DNA of 64,000 nt. It comes from Saccharofermentanales bacterium. GTDB taxonomy: Bacteria > Bacillota > Clostridia > Saccharofermentanales > DTU023. The position numbers and the translations under genes are program-made. The notes under the pieces were generated by a model, which saw nothing but the letters and a program-made list of their open reading frames with translations, ran no database searches and had not been told where the DNA came from. Positions 1 through 9,050 of the stretch are shown piece after piece. Position 1 is the stretch's first letter. The number at the start of each line of letters is the position of its first letter. The DNA lies in assembly GCA_050945495.1 (NCBI GenBank), contig JBMNTA010000004.1:10876-74875 (forward strand), given 5' to 3'.

Positions 1-361
1 TCATGCGCTTGCTTTGAGACCACCTCGATTCACAAGAATTGCATATTTGGCCATATACGCATGGTTATTATAAATTTCACCCAAGAAAGATTCTCTTTAC
101 AAAACGATGGTTTTGTTAAAAAAGTGTGCATCCGGAAAAAAATGCATAGTCTAATTGTCATTATTAAACGAAGACCGACGACTTTTTATTTGATTTTGAA
201 AAATGTTGATGTAAACTTGAGTTAGCTCGGATTGTGCCAAATGCAGTCTGTTTTTTATTCGTTTTCTGCATACGGATCGTACGCCGTTGATTGAGGAGTG
301 TGTTTTCGTGCCCAAAACTTGAATCACAAAAGTTGCACTGGCGCGGGCATTACGCCGAATC

Positions 362-877
362 ATGAAAAACACACCCCTAAGCAAAATTACGATCAAAGAT
401 ATCACCGACGAGTGCGGGATTAGCCGCAATGCCTTCTATTATCATTTTTCAGACAAATACGCTTTGGTCAACTGGATCTTTCTATCGGAAACATTGCCGG
501 TAATCAATAAGTTCAGTGCGCCCGATCGATATTTTGACGGCTTCGTTGCGCTTTGCAAACACCTGCTGGAAAATAGGCAATTTTATTTGGAGGCCTTCAG
601 TTATTCAGGACAAAACTCTTTGTGGGACACATTGACCGAATCCTACTATGAACTCATCAAAATTCATATATCCACGGTGTATGCCCAGCTTGGGTATCGG
701 CTGACGGATGATGAGCTGTTTATTGTTGCGCGCATGGAAACGCATGCTTACGTCGGCATCATCAAGGAATGGATTCAAGATGGCATGAGTGAAAACTACA
801 TTACGTATTTTGAGAAATTGAAAGCCATCAAAGCGGGACTTGCTTTTCCGTTGGTGCCGTTTGACGACCATCATTAA
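362..877 (+). CDS. TetR/AcrR-family regulator (DhaS-like). Annotated from the first ATG, but homology continues upstream to GTG 308 across an in-frame TGA at 320-322.
   Basis: HTH segment KITIKDITDECGISRNAFYYHFSDKYALVNWIF. In-frame codons 323-361 read ITKVALARALRRI, which looks like the missing helix 1. GAGGAG at 293-298 precedes GTG 308. Confidence 0.8.
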   Translation: MKNTPLSKITIKDITDECGISRNAFYYHFSDKYALVNWIFLSETLPVINKFSAPDRYFDGFVALCKHLLENRQFYLEAFSYSGQNSLWDTLTESYYELIKIHISTVYAQLGYRLTDDELFIVARMETHAYVGIIKEWIQDGMSENYITYFEKLKAIKAGLAFPLVPFDDHH

Positions 878-954
878 TATAAGGTTGACATATGTTTATG
901 TGTGCGTCATCATATTTTCAATCGACAAGCCATTGATTGCAGGAGGTAGTGGGT

Positions 955-1809
955 TTGCCAAAACAATACATTGACATTGTTTGGAATCCGGAGCAGAACC
1001 GGAAAAAAGCGGATGTATCAATCCTGAATGATATCGATTACTCCATTCCTGCGCCAACACGCAGCATTGATATGTTGCTGGCCAAATTTAATGGTCTGCC
1101 CTATCGCACAGAGGTTGAATTCACGCCACCGCAAATCATCGAGACACCCAAGCTGAAAAAACCGATCCGTTCGTCAACGATTGCCTTTGTCACGGATGGA
1201 GGCTTGGTTCCGAAGAACAACCCGGATGGTTTGCCCCCCGTCAATTCCGACAAATTCTGCACCTATCCTTTCTACGGCGCGGAACGATTGGATCCGGAGG
1301 CTTACACCATCAGCCATCAAGGCTACGACAATCGATACATATTGGAGGACCCGAACCGTCTGATCCCCCTCGATGTGGCACGCGAAGCCGTCAAAGACGG
1401 AAAAATTGCGGCCATTTTCGACTTCTACTATGTCACGACGGGCGTTATGACGTCCGTTGAAAACAGCCAACATATGGGCGAAAAAATCGCGGCTTCGCTT
1501 GTTGCAAGTCACATTGACGGCGTGATCCTTACCTCAACGTGCGGAACAAGCACACGATGTGGAGCCTACATTGCAAGTGCCATTGAGAAAGCCGGATTGC
1601 CCGTCGTGCATGTGACCAATTTGGCCCACATCTCCGAATGGGTTGGATGCAGTCGTATCCTCTGCGGAACCGACATCAGTTACGTCTTTGGCAATCCCAC
1701 GCTCTCACCGGAGCGCGAATACAACCACCGGAAAACCCTGTTTGACAAGGCGATCTCCCTCCTGGAAACGGTCCCCCCCGAAAATTCAAGTGTGATCGTC
1801 AGCGATTAA
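955..1809 (+). CDS. GrdB/PrdB-family protein, Cys-type (no selenocysteine), lacking the N-terminal third of GrdB
   Basis: Aligns by eye to the C-terminal two thirds of the GrdB at 30791. Motif ILTSTCGTSTRCG replaces ILTST-U-GTCTRCG. AGGAGG at 941-946 favours TTG 955 over the track start 937. Confidence 0.75.
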   Translation: MPKQYIDIVWNPEQNRKKADVSILNDIDYSIPAPTRSIDMLLAKFNGLPYRTEVEFTPPQIIETPKLKKPIRSSTIAFVTDGGLVPKNNPDGLPPVNSDKFCTYPFYGAERLDPEAYTISHQGYDNRYILEDPNRLIPLDVAREAVKDGKIAAIFDFYYVTTGVMTSVENSQHMGEKIAASLVASHIDGVILTSTCGTSTRCGAYIASAIEKAGLPVVHVTNLAHISEWVGCSRILCGTDISYVFGNPTLSPEREYNHRKTLFDKAISLLETVPPENSSVIVSD

Positions 1810-1946
1810 CCGCACATCCGCATGGGCGTTGCGATCTTCGTGTTTCGATCCGCGGGAGCACGTTTGTATCATAAGCGCATGTGGACGGTTTCGTTGTCGT
1901 GTACACTCGTAACGTAAATACCCTTACTGTGAGGGAGGATCACCCC

Positions 1947-2570
1947 ATGAACATGGATAAAGGCCGCATTTTGAAAGCATCGGATCTGTTGCCGATGAAA
2001 GCGGGACACACCATCTCGAAGGGACTCTCCGAGACGTTTGTCGTGTTCTCCATGGCGCCCGACACCGACATCAGTCCGGAAATCCACTACGAAGACAAGT
2101 GCTATTACGTCTTCGGCGGCGATGCCACGGTGGCCGGTTTGGCGCTGACAACGGGCGATTTGGCGGTGATTGAGAAGAACACGCCGCTCGGTGTTCACAC
2201 CGAGGACGGCGCTTACTTGCTGGAAGGCACATGGAAGGACGGCCATGACATGAAACTTGAAAAAGGTAAAATTTTACATCTGAAAGACCAGATCGATTAC
2301 GTCGACGGTGCGATCGCGAATGTCGACATCGCGAAAAACAAGAACTTGAAGTTTGCGCTCTTGGCCTTTGATGAGGGTCAAGGCTTGACGCCGCACACGG
2401 CGCCGGGCGACGCCTTGATCGTGGCGTTGGAAGGCCGCGCCAAGGTCACCATGGGCGACATCGAAGCGACCATGGAAGCCGGCGATCAATTTGTCTTCGA
2501 AAAAGGCAAATCGCACAGCGTCTCGGCCATCTCTCGCTTCAAGATGGCGATCCTGCTGGTCATCGATTGA
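1947..2570 (+). CDS. cupin-domain protein (apparently two cupin barrels)
   Basis: GAGGGAGG at 1931-1938, 8 nt before ATG 1947. Cupin-like segments GDATVAGLALTTGDLAVI and PGDALIVALEGRAKVTMGD..AGDQFVFEKG. Confidence 0.7.
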   Translation: MNMDKGRILKASDLLPMKAGHTISKGLSETFVVFSMAPDTDISPEIHYEDKCYYVFGGDATVAGLALTTGDLAVIEKNTPLGVHTEDGAYLLEGTWKDGHDMKLEKGKILHLKDQIDYVDGAIANVDIAKNKNLKFALLAFDEGQGLTPHTAPGDALIVALEGRAKVTMGDIEATMEAGDQFVFEKGKSHSVSAISRFKMAILLVID

Positions 2571-3938
2571 TCAGCGCTTGAGCGGTTGAATCGAATGTGA
2601 CGCACATGCGGGATCATGCAGCGTGCATGATCCCGGGACGTCGGACGCCGTAGTCGGAGGATCCTCCGACGGGGCGTCTTCTTTTTTCGCCGTGGTTGGC
2701 GTCGACGCGGTGTACGCCCCGGCAAGGTAGAGGCCGAGCTTGGCCGAGGCCGGTCCGATCAATTCATAAAGCACGCTGGACGCGAGAATGATCGTCTGGA
2801 ACGGCACGCCGAGTTCGGGGCCGAGCATGCGCGCGCCCATGGCGGCGAGCCCGATCGCGACGCCCGCTTGCGGGGCGAGCGCGAGGCCCAGATAGCGTCG
2901 GATGTGCTTCGGCTTCCGCACGAGCGCACTCCCGACGTACGCCCCCGCGTATTTCCCGATCAATCGAACGATGAAGTAGAGGACGCCGACCAACCACAGG
3001 GGATGCGCTCCGAGATGGCTTCGGCTCGTGAGCGCATGCAGATCAAACGTCACGCCGGAACGGACGAAAAACAGCAAGAGAATCGGCGGGCTGAAGTAAT
3101 TCAGTTGTTTGAAAAGCGAGGTGTGACCGCCGATGTTCGCGTACACGATGCCCATCGTCATGCAGCCCAAAAGCGGCGAGACGTCGACCGCGGCACTGAG
3201 CCCGTTAAACAGCAAGAGCAGCGCGATGGCGATGATCAGGCGGTTGTCGGTCGAACGACGATCGGGCGTCAGGAGCTTCAAAACCCACGCGAACAACGCC
3301 CCCAGCCCGATGAACGCCACGTTCAGCGCGAGCGGGATCAGGACGGTCCGAACCGGGGAGCTCTCGGTGTGCGACACCGAGGCCGCGACGGCGATCGCGA
3401 CGCTGTAGGCCGTGAGGGCGACGATGTCGTCCATGGCGATGACCTGCAACAGCGTGTTGACGTAATCGCCTTCCGCGCGAGTCTGGCGAATGGTCATCAT
3501 CGTCGAGGCCGGCGCCGTCGCCGAAGACAACGCGGCGAGGATCAACGAAAACGTGAGATCCATCCCCAACAGTACATAGGTCAAGACAAAGACGAGGGCC
3601 GACGCCATGAGGGATTCGGTCAAGGTAATCACGATCGATGCCCTGCCGTCCTTTTTCAACGTTTCGGTCGTCAAGTGTTCCCCGACGCTGAACGCGATGA
3701 AGGCGAGCGCCACGTCGGTCAAAAATTCGGTCTGTTCGATGAACGACGAAGGGACCCAATCCAAGACGTGGGGGCCGATCAGGATGCCGGCGACGATGTA
3801 GGCGGTGACGTTCGGCAGCCGCGCGCGCTTCGTGAAACGCGTCATGGCAAATCCGATCAAAAGCATGAGCGCGGTCGGAATGACGGCGGCCGGAACGCCC
3901 GTGGCAAATTGTGTGAAGGTCAAGACGTGGCGATGCAT
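2571..3938 (-). CDS. cation:proton antiporter (Na+/H+ exchanger family)
   Basis: Polytopic membrane protein with a typical N-terminus (LPNVTAYIVAGILIGPHVL). GGAAAGGAGGG RBS lies before ATG 3938. The track start 4001 lacks an RBS. Confidence 0.85.
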   Translation of the reverse strand: MHRHVLTFTQFATGVPAAVIPTALMLLIGFAMTRFTKRARLPNVTAYIVAGILIGPHVLDWVPSSFIEQTEFLTDVALAFIAFSVGEHLTTETLKKDGRASIVITLTESLMASALVFVLTYVLLGMDLTFSLILAALSSATAPASTMMTIRQTRAEGDYVNTLLQVIAMDDIVALTAYSVAIAVAASVSHTESSPVRTVLIPLALNVAFIGLGALFAWVLKLLTPDRRSTDNRLIIAIALLLLFNGLSAAVDVSPLLGCMTMGIVYANIGGHTSLFKQLNYFSPPILLLFFVRSGVTFDLHALTSRSHLGAHPLWLVGVLYFIVRLIGKYAGAYVGSALVRKPKHIRRYLGLALAPQAGVAIGLAAMGARMLGPELGVPFQTIILASSVLYELIGPASAKLGLYLAGAYTASTPTTAKKEDAPSEDPPTTASDVPGSCTLHDPACASHSIQPLKR

Positions 3939-4060
3939 GTGTGTGCCCTCCTTTCCGGGTTTGCTTTCTTCGTGATGTGATGATAGACTGAATTTAACCA
4001 AAAATAAAATAATCGTTTATTAGAATTCAATTCATTTTAGTTATGAAAAGGAGGTGCCTC

Positions 4061-4975
4061 GTGCTGGATCCCAAAGTGGCCTCGCTGCTGGCGGTGGCCG
4101 AAAAGAAAAATTTCACACGGGCGGCGGAAGCATTGTCGCTCTCCCAGCCGGCGGTCAGCCACCACATCAACCAACTGGAAGACGAACTCGGCGAGACGTT
4201 GTTCATTCGAGGGAAAGGCCCCTTACGCCTTACGGGCGCAGGCGAAATCGCCGTTCAGTATGCCAAGCGCCTGACGACCATTTATCAGCGGATGCGCATG
4301 GCGATCGAGGATGCCTCGCGCGATCTGACACGGCTGCGCGTCGGCGTGACCCATACGGCCGAAAGCAACATCGTCGCGGAGGTTTTGGCGCAATACGGGC
4401 ATGAAAATCCCGGGGTCGTCATCACCATTTTGACGGATTCGATCAATAATCTCTATGATCGTCTCGGGAATTATGACCTGGACATGGCCATCGTCGAGGG
4501 CGCATCGAATGTGCCGGAGTTCAATTTCATCTTGCTCGATACCGACTACCTCGTCTGCGCCATGTCGAACGATCATCCGTTGGCGGGCCAATCGATGGTG
4601 TCGTTGGAGGCCTTGCAAAAGGAGCGCATGATCCTCCGGCTCGCCGAATCGGCGACGATCAACTTATTCATCGCTAACCTCGAGAGCATGAATCGGTCCA
4701 TCGACGAATTCAACGTGATTTTGGAAGTCGACAACATCGCGACCATCAAGGATCTGATCCGCAAGGATCTCGGCATCTCGATCTTGCCGAAGAGCACCTG
4801 CATGGACGAAGTCAGCAAAGGCAAGATGACGATCCTGCCGATCGAAAACATGAGCATGATCCGCGAGACCAAGATCGTCTATCCGAAGGACTTCGCGCAC
4901 ACGGAGGTCTTGCATGACATCACGCGTCTGTACCGAAAGATCGCCAAAAAACGGAACCGCACGACGGGTGCGTGA
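4061..4975 (+). CDS. LysR-family transcriptional regulator
   Basis: HTH NFTRAAEALSLSQPAVSHHINQLEDELG. AGGAGG RBS favours GTG 4061 in the same frame as the track ORF 4043. Confidence 0.9.
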   Translation: MLDPKVASLLAVAEKKNFTRAAEALSLSQPAVSHHINQLEDELGETLFIRGKGPLRLTGAGEIAVQYAKRLTTIYQRMRMAIEDASRDLTRLRVGVTHTAESNIVAEVLAQYGHENPGVVITILTDSINNLYDRLGNYDLDMAIVEGASNVPEFNFILLDTDYLVCAMSNDHPLAGQSMVSLEALQKERMILRLAESATINLFIANLESMNRSIDEFNVILEVDNIATIKDLIRKDLGISILPKSTCMDEVSKGKMTILPIENMSMIRETKIVYPKDFAHTEVLHDITRLYRKIAKKRNRTTGA

Positions 4976-5092
4976 CGGCGCCCCGTCAAAAGGGCATCGA
5001 ACGCCGATCCTTTGCCGATGGACGGGTTCATTTTTCGTAGGTGTTTGGTAGTCTTATAAGGTAAACAACACGCGCGCGGAAAGGCAGGCTTC

Positions 5093-6319
5093 ATGAGCGT
5101 TCATTTCATCCATACGGCGGATCTGCATCTCGGAAACCGCATGGCATCGCTGGGACGTCATCGCGACGATTTCCGGGAAGCCCTGATCCGCAGTTTTGAC
5201 CGTTTGCTGGAAACGACGGCGCGCGAAAAGGCGACCGCGTTGCTCATCGCGGGCGACTTTCTGGAAGCGAACGAGATCGACGATCGCGAGATCGAGGCCA
5301 TCCGTCGATTGCTCTTGCGACCGCGCCCGTTCGTCGTGCTCCTCGCGGCCGGCAACCACGACCCCCATACATCGGCCTCGATCTATGCGACGCGACTGAC
5401 CGATATTCCCGGATTTCATGTGTTTTCGGCCGAAGATACGGAGCGCGTCGATTTTCCCGACCACGATCTGAGCGTCTACGGCCAGAGCTTCGGCTCGTTG
5501 TATCAGCGCACGCCGCGGGTGCCGATCCCCGGCCGTGAGGCGCGTGTCTGGACAGCGACGGAGGGCGATCTCGTCGCGTCGGACGCGACCGTCGCGCCGT
5601 GCCGTCAGCACGTCGGCATGGTCCACGGGACGCTGACCGCGGGCGCCGTGGCACCCAACGATCCCGCCGCCCTGTACAATCCCTTGCAGACAAGCGATTT
5701 TGCCGATCTGCCGTTCGCCTATCTGGCGCTCGGCCACATTCACAAGCCTTCGACGATCCCCGACCTCGCGATGGGCGGCTCCGGCGCACCGGTGGCCCTG
5801 TACCCCGGCAGTCCCCAGGGCATCTCCTTCAACGAACCCGGCCCGCGCCACGCTTTATCGGTCGAGATGGCCGACGGCGCGGTGACGGCGATCCGTCCCC
5901 TCATCACGTCCGATCGGCTGTTTTTGCCCCTCACGGTGGACGTCGACGCCGCGGATGCGTACGACGACGTGTGCCACAAGATTGAGCGGGCGGCGCAGGA
6001 TGCCGCGGGCTCCGACATCGCACGCCATGCGTATCGGATCGTGTTGCAAGGCACCTGCGACGAGACATTTCGCGCCGACCGCGTTGCGGCCAAACTGTCG
6101 GATCGATCGTTTGGGCACTTCACCCTGCGCGACGAGCTGAGCGTCGCGATCGATGCCGACGCCCTTCGCAAAGAGAAAACCCTTCGCGGTTGGTTTGTCG
6201 ATCGGCTCATGACCGAGATCGAGGCCACCGACGACGAACCGACCAAGACCGAGTTGTTGCGCGCCTTGCGCATCGGCTTGGAAGCGTTTAACGGGGAGAT
6301 TGTGTTCCGTGTGGATTAA
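5093..6319 (+). CDS. metallophosphoesterase, SbcD/YhaO-like DNA repair exonuclease
   Basis: N-terminal FIHTADLHLG and GDFLE, GNHD, GHIH phosphoesterase motifs. Overlaps the following ATPase gene. Confidence 0.85.
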   Translation: MSVHFIHTADLHLGNRMASLGRHRDDFREALIRSFDRLLETTAREKATALLIAGDFLEANEIDDREIEAIRRLLLRPRPFVVLLAAGNHDPHTSASIYATRLTDIPGFHVFSAEDTERVDFPDHDLSVYGQSFGSLYQRTPRVPIPGREARVWTATEGDLVASDATVAPCRQHVGMVHGTLTAGAVAPNDPAALYNPLQTSDFADLPFAYLALGHIHKPSTIPDLAMGGSGAPVALYPGSPQGISFNEPGPRHALSVEMADGAVTAIRPLITSDRLFLPLTVDVDAADAYDDVCHKIERAAQDAAGSDIARHAYRIVLQGTCDETFRADRVAAKLSDRSFGHFTLRDELSVAIDADALRKEKTLRGWFVDRLMTEIEATDDEPTKTELLRALRIGLEAFNGEIVFRVD

Positions 6320-8975
6320 ATCGATTGACATCCGACAATTCGGCAACCTCCGCGATTTTTCCATCGCGTTCCAGCCCGGCGCCAACGTCATCGCGGCGCC
6401 GAACGAATCGGGCAAAAGCACCTTGATTGATTTCATCCTGGTCGCCCTGTACGGCATGGAAGATAACCGCGAAGATCCGCGTGCGAGCAACCGCAAACGC
6501 AACATGCCGTGGGGGCAGACGTCGATGCAGGGTGCGATGCTCTTGCAGGAAGAGGCCTTTCGCACGAAGACGCCGCAGCTCTACCAGATCAGTTGCGAAT
6601 TCGGCAAGCAATACAGCTTGGATACGAGCACGTTGACGAATCGGACGACGGGGACCGAGCTCGATTTCGGCGGGCAGCGGAAAGGATCGGACGCCATCGG
6701 CGAATACTTCTTTGATCTGCCGGAAGCGTCGTTTCGTCAGACGGTGTACGTCCGGCAGATGGCCGTGGCGATCGACGTGAGCGAAGGCGGCAACAGCGAC
6801 ATTGCCGGCCGCCTGGCCAATCTCGGCACCTCGGGCGACGCCGACGTGTCGCAACAGGACGTCGAACATCTCCTCGACACGCAATACTCCCAATACACGA
6901 GCCCCCGACGCACCGCCCCCCCGGCCGTGCTGGTCGGACTTAGGCGGACGCTCGAGAAACTGAACGAAGCCCGCGATGCGGCCGTGGCGCGCGAACGCGC
7001 GGAGGCCGAGGATTTGGAGGCGTTGGCGGCTTTGGAAGGTGAACTCGACGTCTTGCAACGTCAAAAGGACGCCGCCGACGATGCCGTCGAGCGAACCCGA
7101 TTTCTGGTGCGCGCCGAACGCCTGGCCAAGCGGATCCGAGAAACGCGGGCGCTGCAAACCAAGATCGCCGAAACGAAAGCCCGCCGACAGCGCTTGACCG
7201 CCTGCCTCGGCGCCGACGGCGCGGGCCATCTCGCACGTCTCGAGACCGACATGGCCGCGTTGGACGAACAGCGCGCGGAGACGAAAGCGGCGTTGAAGCA
7301 ACTCGCCGAGGACCGGGCGCAATGGCAAGAGGATCTCGACGCATGGGACGACCTCAAACGATCGGCCCCGGCCGATGAGCGTCGAGGCGCGATGGATGCC
7401 TTGCGAGCCCGCCTGCGACGGGCGGATCAGGCGGAACAAGATGCCATGCTGAAGATCGGCCGGCACACCGACCGACTGGAAGAGATGCAGGCAGGCCTCG
7501 GGCGCCCGGCATGGCGCGATCCCGAACGCGTGCGTCGAACCCGCCTCGCCGGCGGGGCGTTGACGATCCTCGGCCTCGCGGCCGTCGTCGCCCTGGTCAT
7601 CTTGTTTTCGAAAGCGTTCTGGTGGGTCCTCCCCGTGGTCGCGGCCTTGGCCGGGGCCGTCGTGGCGTATCGGAGCCATCGTCGCTTGCAACGCCTCGAT
7701 GCCGTGGCGCGCAAAACGCGGCAATTGGAGGCACTCGAGCGCGACCTCGAAGCCGCCCGACGGGAACAAACGGAGGCCTCGGCCGACCTGCAACACCTCG
7801 AAGCGATCGAACGCGACATGACCTTGCAACAAGACGCCATGGATCAACGCGAACGCGCCCTCTCCGATCGCGAACACAAGCTCATCCTGGACGTCCACGC
7901 GCTTGCCGAATCGATGCACGACGTGGCGGAGCACCATCCGTTCTTGCGTTGGAGTCGACGCTTGGACGATCTTGCCGAAGGCACGGTGTCCGAAGCGGAC
8001 CTTGACCGCGAGGTCGCCCCGGAAGCGCCCCGCGTTGCGCCGGACGTGAACGGCGCCCTGCGCCAATACGCGCAGGTCACCGACGGCATCGCCGACCTAC
8101 GGGCGCGCGCCGCGTGCTGGCAGACCGCGTTGGATCGCCTGGACGAGGAACGCCGCCTCATGGAAGCGCGATACGAAACCGTCGCGAAGCGCGCGGGGGA
8201 GCCGTCGCTCGACGACGCGTGGACGGCCCTGCTGGACGAAGCGTCCCTGCAAGACTTCCCCGATACGCCCAACGCGCTTAGCGCGGCGATGAAATTGGAA
8301 CCCGACCCGGACGACATGACGGCCTCGCTCGCATCGCGGGAAGACGTGGCCACGCGTCGGGCCGAAGCATTGCGAGAAGCCACCTTGGCCTACGAACGGC
8401 TGCAGACATCCATTCAAGTCCAATATCGCAATCACATGCGTTCGGAAGGCATCGAGCGCGAGATTCGGGCCGTGGAACAAAAGATCGAGGATGCGACGTC
8501 GTACGTCCGCAGCTTGGACCATGCGCGGGACGCCCTCGCGCACGCGGGCGAGGAAGTGCGTCGGCAATTCTCGGTCCCCTTGCAAGAGCAGACGGCATCG
8601 TATCTTTCGTACCTGACGGAGGGACGCTACGACGACGTCCTCATCAACGAGGCCATGCAGCTGAAGGTTCGGCTTGCCTCCGAAACCGTCCCCCGCATGG
8701 CCGAATTCATGAGCGGCGGCAGTTACGATCAAGTGTACTTGGCCCTGCGCCTGGCCATGGCGACGCTCCTGCCGGACGCCGACAAAGTGCCACCCCTCAT
8801 TTTGGACGACGTCTTCCGCCAATTCGACGACCGACGGATGGCACGCGGCCTGGAACTCTTGGTCAAGATGGCCGAAGAACAACATCGTCAAATCTTGTTC
8901 TTCACCTGTCGCGAAGACGATCGCCGCCAAGCGGAGGCCTTGGGATTTCACAACGTGATCTTTCCCCTCGATTAA
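6309..8975 (+). CDS. AAA/SMC-like ATPase, SbcC/YhaN-like, with long coiled coil and a central double-TM hairpin
   Basis: Walker A APNESGKST. ER/AL-rich coiled coil. Hydrophobic pair ALTILGLAAVVALVILF / WWVLPVVAALAGAVVAY. C-terminal LILDDVFRQFD (Walker B/D-loop). GGGGAG RBS favours GTG 6309. Confidence 0.8.
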   Translation: MWIKSIDIRQFGNLRDFSIAFQPGANVIAAPNESGKSTLIDFILVALYGMEDNREDPRASNRKRNMPWGQTSMQGAMLLQEEAFRTKTPQLYQISCEFGKQYSLDTSTLTNRTTGTELDFGGQRKGSDAIGEYFFDLPEASFRQTVYVRQMAVAIDVSEGGNSDIAGRLANLGTSGDADVSQQDVEHLLDTQYSQYTSPRRTAPPAVLVGLRRTLEKLNEARDAAVARERAEAEDLEALAALEGELDVLQRQKDAADDAVERTRFLVRAERLAKRIRETRALQTKIAETKARRQRLTACLGADGAGHLARLETDMAALDEQRAETKAALKQLAEDRAQWQEDLDAWDDLKRSAPADERRGAMDALRARLRRADQAEQDAMLKIGRHTDRLEEMQAGLGRPAWRDPERVRRTRLAGGALTILGLAAVVALVILFSKAFWWVLPVVAALAGAVVAYRSHRRLQRLDAVARKTRQLEALERDLEAARREQTEASADLQHLEAIERDMTLQQDAMDQRERALSDREHKLILDVHALAESMHDVAEHHPFLRWSRRLDDLAEGTVSEADLDREVAPEAPRVAPDVNGALRQYAQVTDGIADLRARAACWQTALDRLDEERRLMEARYETVAKRAGEPSLDDAWTALLDEASLQDFPDTPNALSAAMKLEPDPDDMTASLASREDVATRRAEALREATLAYERLQTSIQVQYRNHMRSEGIEREIRAVEQKIEDATSYVRSLDHARDALAHAGEEVRRQFSVPLQEQTASYLSYLTEGRYDDVLINEAMQLKVRLASETVPRMAEFMSGGSYDQVYLALRLAMATLLPDADKVPPLILDDVFRQFDDRRMARGLELLVKMAEEQHRQILFFTCREDDRRQAEALGFHNVIFPLD

Positions 8976-8992
8976 TCGCCGATCCCACGCAT

Positions 8993-9031
8993 AAAAAACG
9001 GGAGATCCTTCTTCGGGATCTCCCGTTTTCG
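8993..9031. terminator. bidirectional intrinsic terminator between convergent yhaN-like and fdhA genes
   Basis: AAAAAA-CGGGAGATCC-ttcttcg-GGATCTCCCG-TTTTC. Confidence 0.7.
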
Positions 9032-9050
9032 TTGTTCGGAAACGGTCCGA

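Noticed and set aside
1-54. 17-codon minus-strand ORF (MAKYAILVNRGGLKASA) at the window edge, preceded by a TATAAT-like element
   Set aside because: Too short and without recognisable similarity. It may be chance, or part of a gene disrupted by the window boundary. It cannot be supported from the sequence alone.
2568-2573. Cupin and antiporter genes converge with zero intergenic bases (TGA immediately followed by the reverse-strand stop TCA)
   Set aside because: Probably just tight packing. The antiporter C-terminal tail is low-complexity and could be shorter in reality. No hairpin or other element is present to interpret.
5093-8975. Nuclease plus SMC-like ATPase pair considered as a possible anti-phage defence system
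   Set aside because: Sizes, motifs and the membrane hairpin match the housekeeping YhaO/YhaN pair of Firmicutes. There are no neighbouring defence, mobile or toxin genes and no compositional anomaly.
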